Shown here in pieces: positions 13,301 through 22,075 of a stretch of 32,000 nucleotides of DNA. Below the pieces are notes generated by a model. It was given only the letters and a program-made list of their open reading frames with translations, ran no database searches and had not been told where the DNA came from. This stretch comes from Candidatus Saccharimonadota bacterium. GTDB taxonomy: Bacteria > Patescibacteriota > Gracilibacteria > BD1-5 > UBA2023. Made by a program: the position numbers and the translations under genes. Where the stretch lies: assembly GCA_046350815.1 (NCBI GenBank), contig JAXLZO010000001.1, positions 1,140,001 to 1,172,000 on the forward strand. Reading direction: 5' to 3'. Within the stretch, counting starts at the first letter, position 1. The number at the start of each line of letters is the position of its first letter.

Positions 13301-14158
13301 AAACTGCGGAATGAGTGTGAGTCCGTAGGGAATATTGATATCGATACGATCAACAATCTCCTGAGTCCGATCAAGAAGCTCTGGATGTTGCACCCAAAGA
13401 GATTTCATCTCATCTTCGGATAGGAGCGCGTGATTACCCTCCAACTTCGACGGCCGATCCGGATCATCAATCGATCGACCAGAAGCAATCGCCTGAAGAT
13501 AATCCTGTGGCTCTGAAAGATCTATCTTAGAATAAAAGACATTATGGGTCGCAACGATAGGAATCGAATATTTTGCAGCGATACGAATAAGCTCATCATT
13601 GATATGTCCTTGATAAGCAATATCACCCTGACTCATCACCTCAAGATAATAATTCTCACGACCAAATATATCTTGATATTCACGAATTCTCTCGAGGATA
13701 AACTCCTCACTACGACCAGTGGTAATATGCTGTGCAATCTCTCAGAGATGATTACCAGAAAGCGCGATAATATCAGAATGATACTTTCGAAGCAGATCAA
13801 GATCAACACGAGGACGATCAATATAATATCATTCCAATTGCGAAATAGTCACAATCTGAATCAGGTTACGATATCATTCAATGCTCGTAGCGAGAAGAAC
13901 AATTTGGTAGAGATCATTTGATTTTTCCTTCGATGCTCGACCAAGTCGAGAGATACTGCATTCCACTCAGATAATTGGCTTTATTTCTTGCTTCTTACAT
14001 GCCTTGTAGAATTCAAATGCTCCGTGAAGATTGCCAGAATCCGTCATAGCAATTGCCTGCATACCGAGAGATTTTGCTGTTTTTGCAAGCTTATCAGGAG
14101 TACCAAGTCACTGAAGAAATGAATAATGCGAATGAGTATGGAGATGAGTAAAAGCCAT
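10382..14158 (-). CDS. dnaE: DNA polymerase III alpha subunit
   Basis: ATG at 14158, TAA at 10382-10384, one frame. It joins track ORFs 12857-13639, 12146-12769, 11891-12121, 11465-11764 and 10823-11044. PHP-domain N-terminus is [30 protein letters not shown] and GLKALK-G-LGDTP align with E. coli DnaE HSDYSMIDGLAKT, IKPIVGADF and GLGAIKGVGEGP. An OB-fold-like C-terminus is present ([34 protein letters not shown]). Confidence 0.95.
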
Positions 14159-14204
14159 GGAAAAATTTTGGAGAGATTATATTGAAGAATCTCAATTATG
14201 CACA

Positions 14205-14234
14205 CAACAAAAGAAAAAGCCCCATTGCTGGGGC
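14205..14234 (-). terminator. Intrinsic terminator downstream of paralog 1
   Basis: Minus-strand GCCCCA-GCAA-TGGGGC (14219-14234) followed by CTTTTTCTTTTGTTG. The same hairpin recurs at 15067-15082. Confidence 0.8.
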
Positions 14235-14259
14235 ATGTGGAATGGAAATATACAAAAGA

Positions 14260-14937
14260 TCAGAATTTGTGATCTTCGATATATTTTTGTATGATTTGTG
14301 ATGATGATTCATTCATATGCATTGCATACAAATGACCGTTTTGATCAAATACTAGACATGCTGAATGATATTCAGGAGAATAAGAGAAAGGAGAGATAGG
14401 ATATCTCTCACTAACCCAATCTTCCACCTTTACATCGCCAGTATTGGTAATATAAATTGCTCGATGAGCTTTATCAAACCAATCTTGTACTTGTACAACA
14501 CCAGTATTGGTAATATAAATTGCTCGGAACCACCCTGATATCCTCATCCCAAATTCATGAATTGGATTAAAGAGATTGTTGTGTCGTGTAAAAAATGCAG
14601 CACGCTTCTGAAAATCTATAATCTGATCTACAGTTAAGCTGGAACTAATTTGCTCACCAAGCTTATCACAAAACAATACCTGCTCGTTTTCTAACATCAT
14701 TTTTATATCATCAAATGTAAGATGATGTGGATAATGTAAACGATTTCGAACTCCAATAATACGAGCCGTATGAATTGATATATACCCTTCCTGATGGTAT
14801 TGAATTACCCTCACCAAAGGCAGCATAATATCTGCATTGTCAGGATCTGTTTCTTTAGGAATTAAAATATTGTTCTCCCAGCCAATATCTGTTAATCTAC
14901 ATCCTAAAGCTAAATCTATCTCATTATCTTTATCCAT
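14260..14937 (-). CDS. Unknown-function protein, tandem paralog 1 (225 aa if TGA 14260-14262 terminates)
   Basis: ATG at 14935-14937 is preceded by AAAGAGGTAAGTGTT (SD-like). There is no internal TGA. The C-terminus ...MNESSSQIIQKYIEDHKF is homologous to paralog 2 and ends at TGA. I recognise no domain. It contains an internal 63-bp tandem duplication (RAIYITNTG twice). Confidence 0.7.
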   Translation of the reverse strand: MDKDNEIDLALGCRLTDIGWENNILIPKETDPDNADIMLPLVRVIQYHQEGYISIHTARIIGVRNRLHYPHHLTFDDIKMMLENEQVLFCDKLGEQISSSLTVDQIIDFQKRAAFFTRHNNLFNPIHEFGMRISGWFRAIYITNTGVVQVQDWFDKAHRAIYITNTGDVKVEDWVSERYPISPFSYSPEYHSACLVFDQNGHLYAMHMNESSSQIIQKYIEDHKF

Positions 14938-15006
14938 AACACTTACCTCTTTCAAAGATTACCTATGCTGCGCCGATAAGCTACAGACCAGAGAGTAATC
15001 ATTGAT

Positions 15007-15033
15007 ATGATATCAATATTACAATTATGTCAA
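15007..15033 (-). promoter_or_regulatory. Sigma70-like promoter of paralog 1 (TTGACA-N15-TATCAT)
   Basis: Minus-strand TTGACA is at 15028-15033 and TATCAT at 15007-12. The same architecture and near-identical sequence lie upstream of paralog 2. Confidence 0.55.
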
Positions 15034-15055
15034 AAACTTGTTATCATTATTTCAG

Positions 15056-15082
15056 AGAAAGAAAAAGCCCCATTGCTGGGGC
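15056..15082 (-). terminator. Intrinsic terminator downstream of paralog 2
   Basis: Same GCCCCA-GCAA-TGGGGC hairpin (15067-15082), followed on the minus strand by TTTTTCTTTCT. Confidence 0.8.
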
Positions 15083-15100
15083 TAGCTGAAGGGATGAAGA

Positions 15101-15850
15101 TCAGAATTCGTGATCTTCGATATATTTTTGTATCACTTGCGATGACTCATCGTTCATGCAAGCTCTACAGAGATGACCTTGATCATCATATACCACAAAT
15201 GCTTTTAAAGCTTTTGCATCTATAATATTTTGATACTCATTAAGTGGGTACACTTTATATCTATCTTCGCCAAAGAAATCATATATCAAAACTTGATTCT
15301 CATTGGTGACACCAATTAAACGATACTTTGCAATAAGGTTTACATGGGGTTGATTGAGTGGAGTGAACCAAGTACACGGCTTCGCAAAGAAAGACATGGT
15401 TTTGATAATTTGCTCATATTGATCTCGTGTGAGATCAGAGCAGATTTTACTACCATCTTTGTTACAAAACAATACGCTTTCTCGATTAACCACTTTTTGC
15501 TCAAGTAAGTGATACATAGCAAAATGATCAGTAAGATAATGTTTTTTTTCTATGCGAATATTTCGCATGTTTACATATCCATCTACGTACTGTACCATAC
15601 GAACACACGAAACGTGGTATATTATTTTAGTACCATCTTTCGATTTCGACGTATGGTGCTTGTAGTGATTATTTTCCCAAGTTCTATGCTTTGGGTCAAC
15701 AAAACATTTGGAAAATAGAAGCCACTCAAAATCACTTATCTCGTCTACATAAAATATATGTTTGGGCACGAATAAATTATTCACCCAAGCATCAGTTTTT
15801 AAAGACTGCACTAGCGCCTTCACGCTAGGATCAGTTTTATTTTCGGTCAT
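15101..15850 (-). CDS. Unknown-function protein, tandem paralog 2 (249 aa if TGA 15101-15103 terminates)
   Basis: ATG at 15848-15850 is preceded by AAAGAGGTAGATGTT. There is no internal TGA. The C-terminus ...MNDESSQVIQKYIEDHEF ends at TGA. Full-length but divergent homology to paralog 1 (VRMVQYVDGY vs VRVIQYHQEGY; ESVLFCNKDG vs EQVLFCDKLG). Confidence 0.7.
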   Translation of the reverse strand: MTENKTDPSVKALVQSLKTDAWVNNLFVPKHIFYVDEISDFEWLLFSKCFVDPKHRTWENNHYKHHTSKSKDGTKIIYHVSCVRMVQYVDGYVNMRNIRIEKKHYLTDHFAMYHLLEQKVVNRESVLFCNKDGSKICSDLTRDQYEQIIKTMSFFAKPCTWFTPLNQPHVNLIAKYRLIGVTNENQVLIYDFFGEDRYKVYPLNEYQNIIDAKALKAFVVYDDQGHLCRACMNDESSQVIQKYIEDHEF

Positions 15851-15921
15851 AACATCTACCTCTTTCACAAATTACCCATGCTGCATACCGATAAGTAACA
15901 GACCATAAGATAATCATTGAT

Positions 15922-15948
15922 ATGATAAAAATAATAGCATTATGTCAA
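15922..15948 (-). promoter_or_regulatory. Sigma70-like promoter of paralog 2 (TTGACA-N15-TATCAT)
   Basis: Minus-strand TTGACA is at 15943-15948 and TATCAT at 15922-15927. This duplicates the paralog 1 promoter. Confidence 0.55.
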
Positions 15949-16029
15949 GTACTTTTTCAAGGCTCTCTCCAGATTATGATTTGACGAGAAAAATAAGAAC
16001 ACTACCATGAGGCAATAATCAATCAAGAT

Positions 16030-16515
16030 ATGTATTTTCTCTCGGGACAAGATGAAATCATCGGACAAAAGTGGCTCAATCAAGCCGCAAAAATAGCTCT
16101 CCGAGCAACCTGCGAACGATCAAAATGTGGATGTGTTATTGTCTCAAACAACGAATGTATCGGAATATGATGCAATACTCCACCAAAAAGCCATGAATCA
16201 CAAAGAAGATGTAGCTGCTCAAAAGACGGATATCATAAAAAAGTAACGGATAAAACGTGTTGTATACATGCGGAACAGCGAGCTATTCTCGATGCTCTCC
16301 GAAACCATCCAGACAAAATCAATGGATCACGACTCTATTTTATCCGTCTCGATGAAGAGAATAAGCCATCTTTTGCTGGAAAACCCTATTGTACGATCTG
16401 TAGTAAGATGGCACTTGATGTGGGTATAGCCGAATTTGTACTCTCTCATCAAGAAGGTATTTGTGTCTATAATACAGAAGAATACAACGATCTCTCTTAT
16501 CAATATAGCGAATAA
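16030..16515 (+). CDS. Cytidine/deoxycytidylate (dCMP) deaminase-family zinc enzyme, 161 aa
   Basis: ATG 16030, TAA 16513-16515. HAEQRAI (H-A-E zinc/catalytic motif) and PYCTICSKM (PCxxC) are present. One in-frame TGA falls in IGI-G-CNTPP, where the family has Gly. Confidence 0.75.
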
Positions 16516-16521
16516 AAAAAC

Positions 16522-17442
16522 ATGTTCCACTCATCACCACAATCATGAATCCGTTTTGCGCTCATTATCTCGGGTATTATTGCAGCGATTAAACTCGTCA
16601 TTGGGCTCCTCTCATGAAGTCTCGCACTCCTTGGGTCTGCGCTTGATTCACTCCTTGATATGTTTGTATCAGGAGTCAATCATGCCACGATCAAGATTTC
16701 TGAAAGGTCACGCAACAAGCGATATACCTATGGATTTGGGAAAACACAATGATTTGCTGCTATCTTTGAATGACTCATTGTATTATCGTCTGGGGTATTT
16801 CTTCTCGTGAGTGGTATACAATCACTCCTCAATCATCATACTCCCGAAATCGATATACCGATCATACTTGCCATGGTTATCGCGAGTATTGGTACAGGGC
16901 TCATTGTCTGGAATTTCAAAATGATTCTGCGATCGCATAACTCGCTCATCGTCCGATCGGATATGCTTCACTATACCTCCGATCTCTTTATGAATGTGGG
17001 AATTCTCAGTGCCCTCTGTTTGAATATATTTTTCTCTTCATTGTGGTGGATCGATGCAGTACTCGGAATCATCATAGGACTCTGGATACTCGTGAGTAGC
17101 TCAAAAATTATTTGGAGCGGTGTTTCGATGCTCCTCGATCGATCACTTCCAGAGGAAGAAGTACAAAAAATCGAATCCCTTTTTCAGAATCACCCATCAC
17201 TCGAATGATACCACTTCCTCAAGACTCGCATGTCCGGTGATGATGTATTTATCGAGAGTCATATCGTCTTTCGTGAAAAAGATATTTCCCTAAAAGAAGC
17301 CCACACAATATCTGATCAGATCGAAAATCAACTCATGAATATCTTTCCAAGTGCCACTATTACACTTCATCTCGATATTGATCCTGTTCCTGAGACATGT
17401 CTTCTTCGAGAAAGAGAGAATATTATTAATGAGCGAATTTAG
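16522..17442 (+). CDS. Cation diffusion facilitator (CDF) family metal efflux transporter, 306 aa
   Basis: ATG 16522, TAG 17440-17442; joins track ORFs 16807-17208 and 17230-17442. Motifs are LLS-G-SLALLGSALDSLLD, YGFGKTQ-G-FAAIFE-G, HYTSDLFMN and a C-terminal cytoplasmic domain -G-YHFLKTRMSGDDVFIESHIVF. Five in-frame TGA codons. Confidence 0.85.
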
Positions 17443-17520
17443 TTTGACAAAATATTGACATATATAGAATGGCTCAAGAATATATCGAGAGCCAACAAAA
17501 GTAAGGGATTACACCAACCA

Positions 17521-17546
17521 AAAAACCACCCAATTGGGTGGTTTAA
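17521..17546 (-). terminator. Intrinsic terminator of tig (possibly bidirectional for the CDF gene)
   Basis: Palindromic hairpin AAACCACCC-AATT-GGGTGGTTT. On the minus strand it is followed by TTTTGGTTGG. Confidence 0.75.
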
Positions 17547-17563
17547 ACATGACTCAGCTCTCC

Positions 17564-18895
17564 CTATTTCGTCATAAAAGTATCAAGAATTTTTCGTGAT
17601 TTGATACGAGATTTGAGGTCTTCGTAGTAGGCATCACCGGGAACAAGTTTCTCTCGAAGTCGAGTTTTCACAGTCTCATTCTGATATTCCGCGATTACCA
17701 TATCGATCTCTTTTGCTACTTCTTCATCAGTGATAGGAGCCTCAACGATAGATTCAAGCGCTCGAAGAATTGCCTGAGTTTCGAGACGGTTCTTGGCAAT
17801 TGGTGAGAGTGTTTCAGACTTGAAATCTTCAACCGACTTTCCTGTATGATTGAGGTAATCCTTGAGTTGATATCCTTGTTCAGACATACGAGCATTTTCT
17901 TGCTTGTAGGTGTCCTCAATCATAGCCTCAGTGGCTTTTGGTCCGATATGAATCTCACCAGTTGCCTTGAGAGCATCAATAATCGCAATCTCTGTATCGA
18001 GACGAGCTTCTGACTCTTTTTTCTTATAGATTTCTTGCTTGATAATATCACGGAATCCCTTCATATCTGTCTTGACTCCACGAAGTTGTTCGATAAATTC
18101 TTCATTCCATTCAGGTCGGTGTGGCTTTTCGATTTGTTCAATACTTACCTCAAAATAAACCTTTCTTCCCTTATACTCATCAGAATGATATTCTTGTGGA
18201 AATACAATATCAAATCCAAATTTGTCTCCAACAGCGTGAGCAACAAGATTCTCTTCGAATCCAGGTATAAATGAATTGCTACCAATGACAAGAGGAAAAT
18301 GATCTACCTTTGTCTCAGTAAGGGCCTTGCCATCTTTTGCCTCATATCCTTGGCACGAAAGGGTAACACGATCCCCTTGTTCTGCAACCTCTGATGAAGC
18401 CTCAAAACCATCTTCAGAATGACCATGAGCATCATGAAAATGAGTAAATCGATCTTCAATTGCCTTGATCTCTGCATCGATATCCGCATCAGTCACATCA
18501 ACAGACTTCATTTCTACTTTCACCGCCTTTACTTTGTCAGCGTCAAGGAGAGCAACAGGAGTCGTCTCAACAACGAGCTTGATTTCGAGTGGATCGATCG
18601 ATACAACAGCCTGAATTTCACCAGCTGCAGATGGAGTTACATCTGCCTTACGAAGTGCCTTCTGATATTCCTTATCGAGGAAAATATTGAGAGCTTCACT
18701 CTGAATAGTCTGAGCACCGACCTGAGCGAGAACGACATCATCAGGAATATGTGATCCTTTGCGAAAACCCTTAATAGAAGCATTTGTACGAGCTGCATCG
18801 ATAGCTTTTTTGATATATTCACCAAAAGCTTTGCTATTTTCCTTGATAGTGAGCTCCACTTCAACAGGAGAAAGTTGTTTCTTTTCGACAATCAT
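17564..18895 (-). CDS. tig: Trigger factor (ribosome-associated chaperone/PPIase)
   Basis: Intact 443-aa ORF ending in TAG. N-terminal ribosome-binding motif GFRKGSHIP matches the trigger-factor signature GFRxGxxP. An FKBP-like middle follows (VIGSNSFIPGFEENLVAH). No in-frame TGA. Confidence 0.9.
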   Translation of the reverse strand: MIVEKKQLSPVEVELTIKENSKAFGEYIKKAIDAARTNASIKGFRKGSHIPDDVVLAQVGAQTIQSEALNIFLDKEYQKALRKADVTPSAAGEIQAVVSIDPLEIKLVVETTPVALLDADKVKAVKVEMKSVDVTDADIDAEIKAIEDRFTHFHDAHGHSEDGFEASSEVAEQGDRVTLSCQGYEAKDGKALTETKVDHFPLVIGSNSFIPGFEENLVAHAVGDKFGFDIVFPQEYHSDEYKGRKVYFEVSIEQIEKPHRPEWNEEFIEQLRGVKTDMKGFRDIIKQEIYKKKESEARLDTEIAIIDALKATGEIHIGPKATEAMIEDTYKQENARMSEQGYQLKDYLNHTGKSVEDFKSETLSPIAKNRLETQAILRALESIVEAPITDEEVAKEIDMVIAEYQNETVKTRLREKLVPGDAYYEDLKSRIKSRKILDTFMTK

Positions 18896-19022
18896 AGAGT
18901 TATATTTGAGAGTAAAAACGGTGAGAGTATAGAGAAAATTTCATTTTTCCCAAATTTTGATATACAATTCACAGAGAATTTGCATTTTGAATTTTGACTG
19001 TCTTCTATATCATCTCTCCAAT

Positions 19023-19096
19023 CTCCCTGTAGTTTAGTGGAAGAACAAGGCACTCCTAAGGCTTAGACACAAGTTCGATCCTTGTCGGGGAGACCA
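19023..19096 (+). tRNA. tRNA-Arg (anticodon CCU), CCA encoded
   Basis: Hand-folded cloverleaf. Acceptor is CTCCCTG/CGGGGAG and D arm is GTTT-AGTGGAA-GAAC. Anticodon arm is AGGCA-CTCCTAA-GGCTT, with U33, CCT, A37 and a 31:39 A/G mismatch. Variable loop is 4 nt, T arm is ACAAG-TTCGATC-CTTGT, discriminator is A, then CCA. Confidence 0.8.
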
Positions 19097-20553
19097 AATG
19101 AAAAATCCATGTTTTTTATCTCAGAAAAGAGTTTGTTTTCCTGAATTACAAGCTCTTTTTTCGTGTTTATAAAAAGTTCGATTTCTAGTTTTGCATGGAT
19201 GATAGCTTTTTCAGAGGAATTACCCATTTCGTAGCGTTCAGAAAGGCTTTCTATGAGTTCGAACATTTCTCATACCCTCTTCTCAATATCGTACTTATTT
19301 TTGCTCTGAAGTTCGCGTTTTTGAGCGAGTAAAATAACAATCTTTTCAGAAAAATTTGCTTTTTGAGCTTTGTAATCTTCGTTACTTATAACTCATTCTA
19401 GATATCCATCCATGAGCCTTTTTTCTTTGATTCGAATTTCTCAAATTTCCAGATCAATTCCCTTTGCTTGCTCCGCATGACTTGCTACTCTTTCAGATAA
19501 TAATTCTTTGGCAATTTGAACAAATAACGGATACATGTCCTTAGGAATATAGAACTCCTTAAGACGTTGAATAATAGCTTCTTGAACCTTCTTTTGACTA
19601 ATATTTGCACGAGCTGAAGATCTCAAGTTTTGAGAGCGATAATATATGTATTTATCCTTCTTGATCTCACTGGTCAAAGTAATACCAAATTCATCTTTGA
19701 TCATTCATTTATAGAGATAATCAATCTTAATTTCCTTGTTATACGAATAGAATCCTCTTTCTAAATTTGCAACCTTCTGAAACAAAGAAGATGATATTAT
19801 TGGCTCATGCTCCCCTTGATATATTTTCCCAGAGTAACGCATCATTCCAATATAAAATGGATTCTTAAACGTACGATCAAGTGCTTGATAAGAAAAGGTA
19901 AATCACTTGAGGGATCCATATTTATTCTGAAAATATGTAGATATATCAGGTGTACTTCTTTTTTGTTCTCACCGCATTTGAAACATCTCCTTCACAATAT
20001 TGGAAGTTTCCTTATCTATCTCAACTCATCGTCCAACTATTTTGCCATCTTGAACTTTTGTGACATTTTGGTATCCAAAAGGAGCCTTATAAACACACTT
20101 CCCTTTCTCTACACAAGTAATCATTCTTGCTTTTACATTTCTAGCACGAGTATCATTATCAAATTTTGCCATTCAAAAATTCAGAAGAAGCATAAAGAGT
20201 TCACTCACCTGCTCTCAAAAATATTTTTGAGATGATGTATAAATACCCTTAATATATCCCTCTTCCAGTAAGCCAAGAACTTTGGCACTATCAGTATTAT
20301 TACGAGAAAGACGACTCACTTCATCCACAATGATGAAATCTACTTTTCATTTTTTACAAAGCGATACCATGGAGTCAAAAATTGGTCTCGTTCCACTCTT
20401 CTTCGCACTTGCAGATTCAAAAAGTGTATCAATGAGAGAGCATCACTCTTGTTCTAAAACTCGAGTACAAGCAGACAGCTGAGATTCAATAGAGTTTTGT
20501 TGTTTATCATCCCTATCCGTAGACTTTCTACAGTATATAATAGCCCTATTCAT
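19063..20553 (-). CDS. Large serine recombinase / integrase (496 aa)
   Basis: ATG at 20553, TAA at 19063-19065; joins track ORFs 19441-19704 and 19063-19266. N-terminal resolvase catalytic domain is MNRAIIYCRKSTDRDDKQQNSIESQ (YxRxST serine) ... FIIVDEVSRLSRN. Recombinase domain shows KAPFGY and NPFYIGMMRY. The C-terminus is long and coiled-coil-like. The last 34 nt overlap the 3' part of tRNA-Arg. Confidence 0.85.
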
Positions 20554-20696
20554 ATCCTCAAAATTATTTTTATAAATATATCATAAATTATTCTTGTGAA
20601 TTTTCAATTATATCCAGCAATCATTCGATAAAATTAGTAATTATTTCTTCTGATTCAATGATTTGATCATCCGACCAATCTGTAGGGAAATATTTC

Positions 20697-21734
20697 CTAC
20701 ATTCTTCAATCGACATCATGATCAGAGATTTTAATTTTCTCAAGTATTTGAGTCCAGTGCTCAGCATCTTCTTTCATATCTTTCATAAGTGTCAGGAACT
20801 CTCAGGAGTTCTTCAGTACATTCTTAGTATGTGCATGAATAATCTCCTTATAGAGAAGTGCATACACAGGACAGATGCCACGTTCTACTAATCACCGTGC
20901 GTGTCCAAGAAATATATGAACTCTCATCATACTCTTGCTGTATTCTTGAATGAGAGAGAATTCTACTTCTTCAGGTTTTCTATAGAGTGTTATAGCTTGA
21001 GCAACTAACTTCTCAAAGAGTGAAGTATGATTACTAAGATAGTTCTTCATGAGACCAAGAAGGTTATCTTCTACGAAGAGCTCATCTATTGTGTAATTTT
21101 GAGCCAATTCACGTCTTATTTCGAGTTCGACTCGTGTTATATCATCTTGAAGAAGATAATCTTGATAAAGGCGATTCTTTCACTTTTTGAGAATATCTTC
21201 TTTCTTGTTATAAATACGAATAAGACTACGTTTATTCTCAGAGGATTTTTTATTGCCAATATAGTATGTTTCAGTTATTCCACCTCTTCCAAAGAAGATA
21301 GCTCCTTTTTGAGTAAGCTTTGAGAAACTTTTCAAGATGGTGGATATAGGTGAGAGAATATCGATACAGATATCAAAACGCCTGAGGGGTTTGTTTCCAA
21401 GTGGTGAAAAATGAGATAGGAGTATATCGTAGCATCATTCTTTTCCTTCCGTTCGAAAACAAGAAGAATAGAGAGCAACATAATCTCTCGTGGGGATATT
21501 TCCTTTTTGTGCTCACTTGAAGTACGAAAAAAGAGTAACTCAATTCTTTGCAAAGATGATTTGGTAAGCAAATTTGGGATTTTCAGCTTTCGTACAATGA
21601 TATTCTCCATATGTGAAAGAATTAGAGTTATCAAAGTCGACACCTTCAAAAATTTCTTCAGAGAGAAACGAGGTATATATTTCTAGATGATCGATACCAA
21701 AATGGTAGATCTGATGAGTTTTTACATATTTCAT
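20697..21734 (-). CDS. Rep_trans-like (PF02486-type) replication initiation protein, 345 aa
   Basis: ATG at 21734, TAG at 20697-20699, checked codon by codon. It joins track ORFs 21540-21734 and 20892-21107. The core TYYIGNKKSSENKRSLIRIYNKKEDILKKGKNRLYQDY...ITRVELEIRRELA resembles the (Y)IGsr-S-...-riYdK...tRvElq pattern of rolling-circle/conjugative-transposon initiators. Confidence 0.6.
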
Positions 21735-21789
21735 AATGTTAAGAGAGAAAAGCGCATTGCAATGCCAAAAATAAAGGCATATCTAGATA

Positions 21790-22075
21790 TTTACTGATCC
21801 GACGTTATTCTGTCGGATCGAAGAAGGGTAATTACTCCTGAGAAGAACTTCTTTTTCTTTGATGCTCAATTGTGTTGAAAGTTTGCATCCGCGTACAAGT
21901 CGAACGGTTGAACCGTCTCGACTTGTGAGTCGCGGACATGCAAACGAGCAACCGCGACTTGACCCAGATACAAACTTTCGAATACCAGCATCTAACAAAG
22001 AAAAAGAGAGCTTGTGTGCGGCACAAACTCCCATTATGGATCTTTTGATGTGAAATCGAGTTTTCCCCCGGGATG
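21790..22075. other. GC-richer non-coding cluster of nested perfect hairpins (candidate replication/transfer origin or structured RNA)
   Basis: Hairpin 21796-21803/21812-21819. Nested helices GATGCT 21861-66/AGCATC 21987-92 and GAAAGTTTG 21877-85/CAAACTTTC 21971-79 enclose a 14-bp hairpin (21895-21908/21912-21926) and an 8-bp hairpin (21928-35/21952-59). A further hairpin lies at 22008-22030. Stop-free junk ORFs appear on both strands here. Confidence 0.55.

Noticed and set aside
17443-17520. Twin TTGACA boxes after the CDF gene as a promoter for a small RNA ending at the 17521-17546 hairpin
   Set aside because: On the plus strand the hairpin lacks a trailing T-run. The hairpin is fully explained as the tig terminator on the minus strand, and there is no convincing -10 at proper spacing.
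19023-19096. Alternative reading of the tRNA as tRNA-Gly(UCC) by shifting the anticodon loop one base (loop ACTCCTA)
   Set aside because: That fold puts C at position 33 and T at 37 and leaves no position-26 spacer. The CTCCTAA loop (U33, CCU, A37) gives a normal cloverleaf. It is also not the UCA suppressor-type tRNA-Gly.
21783-22053. Three overlapping ORFs (21783-22034 minus, 21832-22026 minus, 21859-22053 plus) as small proteins
   Set aside because: They are mutually overlapping on both strands within a GC-rich hairpin cluster and have Arg/Ser/Cys-rich sequences. Absence of stops is explained by composition. I treat the region as a non-coding structured element.
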